Part shown: piece by piece, positions 33,629 through 38,821 of the stretch | Layout: the number at the start of each line of letters is the position of its first letter | How positions within the stretch are numbered: the first letter of the stretch is position 1 | Source: a virus | Taxonomy: Duplodnaviria > Caudoviricetes | DNA: 38,821 nt | IMG/VR virus record: IMGVR_UViG_3300037467_000469 | Location: 1-38,821 of that record | Strand: one strand, 5' to 3' | The notes under the pieces: generated by a model | The model's input: only the letters and a program-made list of their open reading frames with translations | Told to the model about the DNA's origin: nothing | Databases searched by the model: none | Program-made: the position numbers and the translations under genes

Positions 33629-35163
33629 TCGCCCACCCCCATGGCCTCTTGGGCGATGGCGCCCGTGTCGTCGTTCTCGCCTGCCTCGTCCACAGCCTGC
33701 GATACCCGCAGGGGCGCCACGATGACGGGTACCCAGAATCCGCCAGCCTCCATGGCGACATACCACAGGTGGTGCCCGTCCAAGATCGTCCCGTGGGCGT
33801 CGATCAGAATGGGCTTGTAGATGCCTTCCCGGCTGAAGCGCTCCCGCACCTTGGCGAGCTTTTCCGGGTTCAGCATGGGTACTTGGTTGGGGTTGGCGCC
33901 CAGCGTGTGCGGATCCCGCCATTCGTACTGGCTCAGATCGGCAAGACGGTCGAAGTCCGGGGCGCCGTGTCCCTTGATCAGCACATCCGGACCATCGAAG
34001 ATGCTCTTCAACGTTGCCCGCAGGGCCTGCCGCTCGGTCAGGATCTCTTCCGGGGTCTTCAGGTCGATCCGGCCTTCCGGGGTCACCTTCATGAACTTGG
34101 GATCGAAGACCTGCCAGCGGCATCGGCAGTTCGGGTGACCGGGGATGCAGGGCACCCAGTCTTTCTTCCGGCGCCCATAGTTGGTCTTGCCCACCCAAAC
34201 TTCACGCCACGGGTCACCCGGTTCCTTGACCACCTTGAAGATCTTGCCATGGATGTGCGCCTTACACCACTCGCAGGCGGTGCCGTCCGCCTGCCCGATG
34301 ACGAATGTCCCGACAGGCAGGGTGGCAAGGTAGCCGTTTGCCATACACTCTGCCAGTTCGGTGATGGCGATGCGTCGCCAGTCACGGTTGAACTCACCCA
34401 GCTTATCCAGCAAGGCCTTCTGAAGTTCACCGGGTGTCCAGCGGCCTCGCCGGGCCTGAATGACCAGTTCGCGGGTTGTGGATATGATGTACTGATTCTG
34501 CGTGGCAATCTTTTCCCCTGCATGAAGTTGCGCCCACCTGATGGCTTCTTCCTCAAGAGTTGTCAGCGGCAAAACAGGCTGGTCCGGGGCGCCCTTGTCG
34601 GCCCGCAGGCGGTACTCCTTGCCCGGATGGGGGGCTGGGAGGTTCTTGCGGGCGTTCAGGGTCACGGGCAGATCGGGCAGGAAGATGGCGGGGAGCTTCC
34701 GGCCCGCACGGTCGAAGGCCTGCATCAGGGCCGAAAGCGCCTCTGCCTTGATGACGTAGCGGTCAGCAAGGGTGGCGTTCTTCGCCAGCCCCTTGCGCAG
34801 TAGGCGTTCGATCTCGGTTAGCTGTTCGTTGGACCAAGACTTGCCGTCGCGCAGGTAGCGGATGACTGACTTGGGCAGGTAGCGCATGCGGTCCACATCT
34901 TGGGCGCCCTTCTGCAGATCCATGGTAATGCTTTTGGCGACGGATGCCCCAGCGGGCACGTAGGCCCCGGTTGCGTCGAAAGCGACGGGGCCTTCCGGGG
35001 CGCCCAGCCCCAACTGGTCAATCAGGTGCAGGATGACCACGGCTGTTGGTTCGGTCAGTTCGGTGTAGAAGGCATCCTCCAGATCGGCCCATGTACTGTG
35101 CTGGTCGTTGCGAGACCAGATACCCCCTAGGGTATCAGTTTCGATAGGGAATGGGTAGGCCAT
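33625..35163 (-). CDS. MuF-like minor head protein with C-terminal ParB/Srx-like domain
   Basis: RRIAITE, ACEWC, PGHPNCRCRW (MuF); NPNQ....K.....I.KPILID....ILDGHH......G...VPVIV (ParB N-terminal like); ATG 35163 after GGAGGG. Confidence 0.8.
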   Translation of the reverse strand: MAYPFPIETDTLGGIWSRNDQHSTWADLEDAFYTELTEPTAVVILHLIDQLGLGAPEGPVAFDATGAYVPAGASVAKSITMDLQKGAQDVDRMRYLPKSVIRYLRDGKSWSNEQLTEIERLLRKGLAKNATLADRYVIKAEALSALMQAFDRAGRKLPAIFLPDLPVTLNARKNLPAPHPGKEYRLRADKGAPDQPVLPLTTLEEEAIRWAQLHAGEKIATQNQYIISTTRELVIQARRGRWTPGELQKALLDKLGEFNRDWRRIAITELAECMANGYLATLPVGTFVIGQADGTACEWCKAHIHGKIFKVVKEPGDPWREVWVGKTNYGRRKKDWVPCIPGHPNCRCRWQVFDPKFMKVTPEGRIDLKTPEEILTERQALRATLKSIFDGPDVLIKGHGAPDFDRLADLSQYEWRDPHTLGANPNQVPMLNPEKLAKVRERFSREGIYKPILIDAHGTILDGHHLWYVAMEAGGFWVPVIVAPLRVSQAVDEAGENDDTGAIAQEAMGVGE

Positions 35164-35445
35164 GGCGTGTCGCCCTCCTTGTTGCACAAAAAGCCCTGAA
35201 AGGCTACGGACTCATAGGTTTTCTCATGTGACATTTTCAATTTAGGCCCCCCACCCCAAAAAATAAAATAAAAAAACCGGGCGGGGATTTCTATTTTATT
35301 TTTTCGCGGGTTGGAACACGGCTCGGTGTAATGCGTCAAAGTGATCAGTTGATAGACTTTGAAGGGTTTTTGTGCGGAGCGCTCACCCGGTTGGGTAGTA
35401 CGGCTCGGGCGCCCGCCCGGAACCATACCCCCTAGGGGTATCTGG
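35116..35445. repeat. Nested inverted repeats sharing one centre (~35280-35281)
   Basis: CCAGATACCCC 35116/35445; GCACAAAAA(G)CCCT 35184/35375; AAAAAATAAAATA 35258/35304. Confidence 0.75.
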
Positions 35446-35460
35446 GAACCTTGTTAAAGA

Positions 35461-35585
35461 CATACATCATTGATGATGCATCTAATGAGATGATGCATTT
35501 TTTCTATATATATCTATCTATATCATCTTATATATCTATATATAGATATATATGGGTGTTGGTCTGAATTTTCGCAATTATTAAG
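35461..35585. other. AT-rich low-complexity region with 24 bp perfect palindrome and GATGATGCAT direct repeats
   Basis: TATATATCTATATATAGATATATA at 35529-35552; GATGATGCAT at 35472 and 35489. Confidence 0.8.
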
Positions 35586-35591
35586 ACCAGC

Positions 35592-35619
35592 AAAAGGGGG
35601 GCCGGGCGCCCGGCCCCCC
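35592..35619 (-). terminator. Rho-independent terminator after DUF2829 array
   Basis: GGGGGCCGG/CCGGCCCCC stem followed by TTTT on the minus strand. Confidence 0.7.
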
Positions 35620-35652
35620 TCTACTTCGACGGGGTGCTGTGTCGGTCCTGCA

Positions 35653-36225
35653 CTACGCCACGGTGTGCCACGTCTCGCACTGCCATTCAGCCGGGATCTG
35701 GTCGCCGCTGTACCACGTAGCCGCGACGACGCCGCCCTCATGCAGTTCCATGCGGTACGCGCTGGTGCCTGCGTCCCAGACGTAGATGAGGTACTTCCCG
35801 ACAGGCCAGCCGTCAGCCGCCGCCTTGGTCCCCACCGGGCTGTAGAGCGTGTTCATCAGCACGTTGATGCCGTCCGGGCCATTGGCAACGGTGCCGTCCG
35901 CCTGCACGGTGACCGTCACCCAGCCTACGTCCGACAGCGGGTAGTTGGTGGTGTCGATGGTGCCCGTGTCGGCGGCGACGGCCTCGGTCTTCGCCATGGT
36001 GGTGGCGCCCTCAGACGTGGCGATGGGCGCGCAGGGCGTCCACGGGGTAGCGGCCTCAGGCGGGTAGTAGTTCGGGCGCATCCAGATGATGACGGTGCCC
36101 GTGTTGGGGTCGGGTGCTGTATGCAGGACCGTGAAGTTCAGGTCGCAGATCTTGTCGGCGCGGGCGATGGTGGCGCCCGCCTGCATGGCGGCTACGGCAT
36201 CCAGAAAGCTCAAGCTGTCGGACAT
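35653..36225 (-). CDS. Divergent DUF2829/Tad2-like protein (probably two domains)
   Basis: LSFLDAVAAMQAGATIAR...W; second half DGWPVGKYL...EWQCETW; ATG 36225 after AGGGGG. Confidence 0.5.
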   Translation of the reverse strand: MSDSLSFLDAVAAMQAGATIARADKICDLNFTVLHTAPDPNTGTVIIWMRPNYYPPEAATPWTPCAPIATSEGATTMAKTEAVAADTGTIDTTNYPLSDVGWVTVTVQADGTVANGPDGINVLMNTLYSPVGTKAAADGWPVGKYLIYVWDAGTSAYRMELHEGGVVAATWYSGDQIPAEWQCETWHTVA

Positions 36226-36239
36226 TATGGCGTTCCCCC

Positions 36240-36770
36240 TTAGTTGGTGACCTCGGTCCAGTCGGTGCTGATGGTGTCCATGTGGGTCTGGGACCATGGA
36301 ACAAATCCACCGTCAGCCGTCTTCAGGCCGATCCACGCCTTGCGCGCCAGCGGCGCCACCAGCGCAGGGGTTACGGACCAGTCTGCAGGGCTGATGAGGA
36401 TGATCCACTGATCAGGACTGTTCCAGCCTACACGCCGCAGGCGGGCGCCCCGGTTCAGGCGCCGGATGGCCTCCATGAAGTTGAACTGCTCGGCGGGGGT
36501 TGGTGTGGCGTTCGGGTTGGGGATGACAGCCCAGTCCTGCCGCTGGGTGTCGTCTGCCAGCGACGGGTCCATGACGCCAGCGGCGAGCACTGTTGACTGG
36601 GTCTCCTTGAAGTTGATGACCTTCGCCAGTTGCGGTGCAGGTGTGACCCATACGCCATTCTGGTAGACGGGCGCCCCCTGCTTGGCTATGAGGTACGTAC
36701 CCACCGCCCACGTGGGCCGGGCAACACGCTGTCCGGCGAAGATTGCGGTTACGGCATCGGTCCAGATCAT
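36240..36770 (-). CDS. Tandem two-domain DUF2829/Tad2-like protein
   Basis: WTDAV.AI.AGQRVAR..W...DD....DW and FNFMEAIRRLNRGARLRRVGWN...LKTADG.FVPWSQTHMDT.STDW. Confidence 0.8.
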   Translation of the reverse strand: MIWTDAVTAIFAGQRVARPTWAVGTYLIAKQGAPVYQNGVWVTPAPQLAKVINFKETQSTVLAAGVMDPSLADDTQRQDWAVIPNPNATPTPAEQFNFMEAIRRLNRGARLRRVGWNSPDQWIILISPADWSVTPALVAPLARKAWIGLKTADGGFVPWSQTHMDTISTDWTEVTN

Positions 36771-36794
36771 CGCTATTTCAGCCCCTTACATGAC

Positions 36795-36822
36795 AAAAGG
36801 GGCGCCCCGGTCAGGGCGCCCC
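36795..36822 (-). terminator. Rho-independent terminator
   Basis: GGGGCGCCC/GGGCGCCCC stem followed by TTTT on the minus strand. Confidence 0.65.
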
Positions 36823-36864
36823 GTTGTCGGTAAGTTTCGACCTTAAATGGTTGAATCCTGCTGA

Positions 36865-37131
36865 TTAGGTTTCAACTACATACCAATCTTCACCCAGCAG
36901 GTCAAGATTGTTGGGTTGCCACGGGCCGAAGGTGCCATCCACGGCCTTCAGGCCATAGAAGGGGCGTCGGGTGATCTCAGCGTTCATGCGGTAGTGGATG
37001 TTAGTTGTGGACCACTCGCTAACTGCGATTAAGCACGCCCACATGTCCTTGCCGTTCCAACCCTTGCGGGCCACGCGGGCGCCCTGCGCCATGTGCCGCT
37101 GGGCCTCGCCCCAGTTGAATGTCTCCATCAT
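36865..37131 (-). CDS. DUF2829/Tad2-like protein
   Basis: FNWGEA...M..GARVARKGWNGKDMW...LKAVDG...PWQPNNLDLLGEDW is the canonical DUF2829 signature; ATG 37131 after GGAGGAGG. Confidence 0.85.
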   Translation of the reverse strand: MMETFNWGEAQRHMAQGARVARKGWNGKDMWACLIAVSEWSTTNIHYRMNAEITRRPFYGLKAVDGTFGPWQPNNLDLLGEDWYVVET

Positions 37132-37829
37132 TTGGTTGTCGCCTCCTCCCACGTGATGCGGTTCCACTCGCGGGGCCACATGGTGCCCATGGGCCAGCGC
37201 TCTAGGGTGCCTTGGGCGCCCACAAGCACGAGTTCGTCCAGCCGCCCTTCAAAGCCTGTCGGGCGCACTTCCAAGTACATGCCAGCAGGCCAGTCAGGCG
37301 CTTTGGCACGCTTGCCCTGTAGGAAGAGCGTCGTCAGCTTGTCGAAGCCATCCTTGCCACCGGGCACCTTGCCGTCAGCGTCCGGCTCGACGATGATCCA
37401 GTCAGTGGCGTTGCTGATCTCAGCGCCTGACGGGTACCACAGCCGGGCTGGCTCCTTGATGTTCGGGTTGTCGTTGGGCCGCTGGAGGATGACCGGGCGC
37501 CCGTGGTCTGGGTGCGGGCCAATCCAGTAGATCATGAAGCTGGCGTAGTCACGGACGGCGTCCCGCGCGACTACGGCACCAGCGTGCATTGCCTCAACCG
37601 CCTGCAGGAACGTCATGAACTCAGCCTTGGGACGGGGTACGATGTGGAACTCCTGCGTGCAGACCGCGTTTGACAGGGCGCCCAGCGCCGATTGCGCCAC
37701 AAGCGGGAAAATGCCGCTCATGATGCGCTCTTGGAAGAGGTTGTGGGCGTCCAGTGTGTCCGGGTTGCCGTGGGTCACGTAAACGGTCACATGCACATGG
37801 TCATGGCTGGGGAAGTTTGGCTGTTTCAC
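37128..37829 (-). CDS. Divergent tandem DUF2829/Tad2-like protein with N-terminal extension
   Basis: MTFLQAVEAMHAGAVVAR...WYPS...I.NATDW and F......LQGKRAKAPDW..GMYL...W; start uncertain. Confidence 0.55.
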   Translation of the reverse strand: MKQPNFPSHDHVHVTVYVTHGNPDTLDAHNLFQERIMSGIFPLVAQSALGALSNAVCTQEFHIVPRPKAEFMTFLQAVEAMHAGAVVARDAVRDYASFMIYWIGPHPDHGRPVILQRPNDNPNIKEPARLWYPSGAEISNATDWIIVEPDADGKVPGGKDGFDKLTTLFLQGKRAKAPDWPAGMYLEVRPTGFEGRLDELVLVGAQGTLERWPMGTMWPREWNRITWEEATTK

Positions 37830-38227
37830 TTGCAGGGTAGCCCCTTTCTACGGAAGCGCCACGGGACCACTTCCTCATAGGTCTTAAAGAGCTTGGGCCG
37901 GGGCTTTGTGGGGATTGCTAGGGCAAGACCCTCACTGCGCCCGACTTCGCGGTGCTTGTAGATGACGCTGGTGTGGATCAGGTTTGGTACAGCCCAGTCG
38001 ATGCCGATGACCCGTGTCGTGTTAGCCGGGGCGCCCGAAAAGAGCTTCAGCCACTCTTCACGGAAGTGGATGATTTGCTCCGGTGTCAGGTCTGGCACCC
38101 GGATCTGCAGGTACTCAGGGACTGGTTCACCAGCGGCCTCGTACAGGTCACGTGCGGTCTGTGGGTGGACAGGTACCTGTGACAGGGCCAGTTCTGTCAG
38201 CCACATCTTGGCGTCTTGTTGATCCAT
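37826..38227 (-). CDS. Hypothetical protein
   Basis: 133 aa with AGGAGGG RBS. Confidence 0.6.
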   Translation of the reverse strand: MDQQDAKMWLTELALSQVPVHPQTARDLYEAAGEPVPEYLQIRVPDLTPEQIIHFREEWLKLFSGAPANTTRVIGIDWAVPNLIHTSVIYKHREVGRSEGLALAIPTKPRPKLFKTYEEVVPWRFRRKGLPCK

Positions 38228-38246
38228 CAGGGCGCCCTCCTTGGGG

Positions 38247-38273
38247 AAAGGGGCCGGGTTGGTGCCCGGCCCC
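38247..38273 (-). terminator. Hairpin/terminator
   Basis: GGGGCCGGG/CCCGGCCCC stem with a short T tract. Confidence 0.55.
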
Positions 38274-38283
38274 TTTGTGGTGC

Positions 38284-38821
38284 TTAGCTGAGCCGGAGCA
38301 CCCGGACTTCCGTCTCTTGGGCGCCCACGCGCAGACCAGACTTGTTCAGGGCTTCGATGGCATCGGCGGCGTAGACCGTACGGACATGTGCGTCCCTGCC
38401 CTCATGGACCTCCACATGCCACTTGGGCAGGTCCGGCAGGCACCGAATGACGATCTCGTCGCCGTTACGCATGGGGCGCATGGGAACAGCTTTGCCTAGG
38501 GCGTCGTTAGGCGTCATCGCCTCTATGATCTGGATGGCGTCGGGGCGTAGGATTGATTGCTCCGTGATCTGGTAGCGGTGTAAGGACAGTTCCTGCACAG
38601 CCCCAAGCGGCGGCTTGGGCTTAGACGCCCACTTGCCGGGCGCCCCAGATGCACAGTCGCACGGGCCGTTCGGCATGGCGGGTTCGTTGTGGGTGGCGCA
38701 GTCGCTGGCGTGCTCGTTGATCAGTTCCACCTGCACCTTGTCAGTAGGCAGGATGGTCACCTGCATGAAGGCCTTCTCAGCGGCGTCCACGGGGTTGATG
38801 GCGCCAACGATGGCACTTGTG
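38284..38821 (-). CDS. Hypothetical protein with His/Cys motif, probably 5'-truncated by window edge
   Basis: Frame stays open to 38820; HASDCATHNEPAMPNGPCDC; three repeated [VI].A.....A..K[AS] units. Confidence 0.6.
   Translation of the reverse strand, partial: TSAIVGAINPVDAAEKAFMQVTILPTDKVQVELINEHASDCATHNEPAMPNGPCDCASGAPGKWASKPKPPLGAVQELSLHRYQITEQSILRPDAIQIIEAMTPNDALGKAVPMRPMRNGDEIVIRCLPDLPKWHVEVHEGRDAHVRTVYAADAIEALNKSGLRVGAQETEVRVLRLS

Noticed and set aside
33649-34803. 384 aa plus-strand ORF
   Set aside because: Antisense to MuF-ParB; no domain signal.
35127-35741. Short ORFs across the AT-rich intergenic region (35127-35426, 35523-35741)
   Set aside because: They run through inverted repeats, a terminator and low-complexity DNA, with no convincing RBS.
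1-38821. Prophage boundaries, terminase, portal, tRNA genes
   Set aside because: None recognisable in this window, so lifestyle and packaging mode cannot be determined here.

Overview
The whole window is phage DNA: the virion-gene region of a high-GC contractile-tailed phage whose capsid, neck, sheath and tube resemble the SPO1/Twort-like (Herelleviridae-type) set. Strong GGAGG-type RBSs suggest a Bacillota host (inference). Almost all genes are on the minus strand. Read in transcription order from the right end: an array of four DUF2829/Tad2-like genes; an AT-rich intergenic zone with a ~330 bp dyad-symmetric site; a MuF minor head protein fused to a ParB/Srx-like domain; fibre/adhesin genes; a ~13 kb cluster of large proteins (zincin protease, SNF2 ATPase, GNAT, and a 2106 aa sigma70 + SNF2 polyprotein); an oppositely oriented MT-A70 methyltransferase; prohead protease with nested scaffold; major capsid; neck; a short sheath; tube; +1-frameshifted tail chaperones; tape measure; baseplate hub and spike. 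The standout is the cluster at 15621-28805. Three of its proteins share an N-terminal module (K-Y-P-G-G-x-W-x-T-x-x-G-x-H), and its proteins carry the same hydrophobic-x-K-[S/A/G] motif found throughout the scaffold and at the capsid maturation site. This suggests a head-packaged, protease-matured, injected enzyme payload that includes a complete sigma70-like factor. No terminase, portal, integrase, tRNA or CRISPR array is visible. All family calls come from motif recognition by eye, not from database searches.
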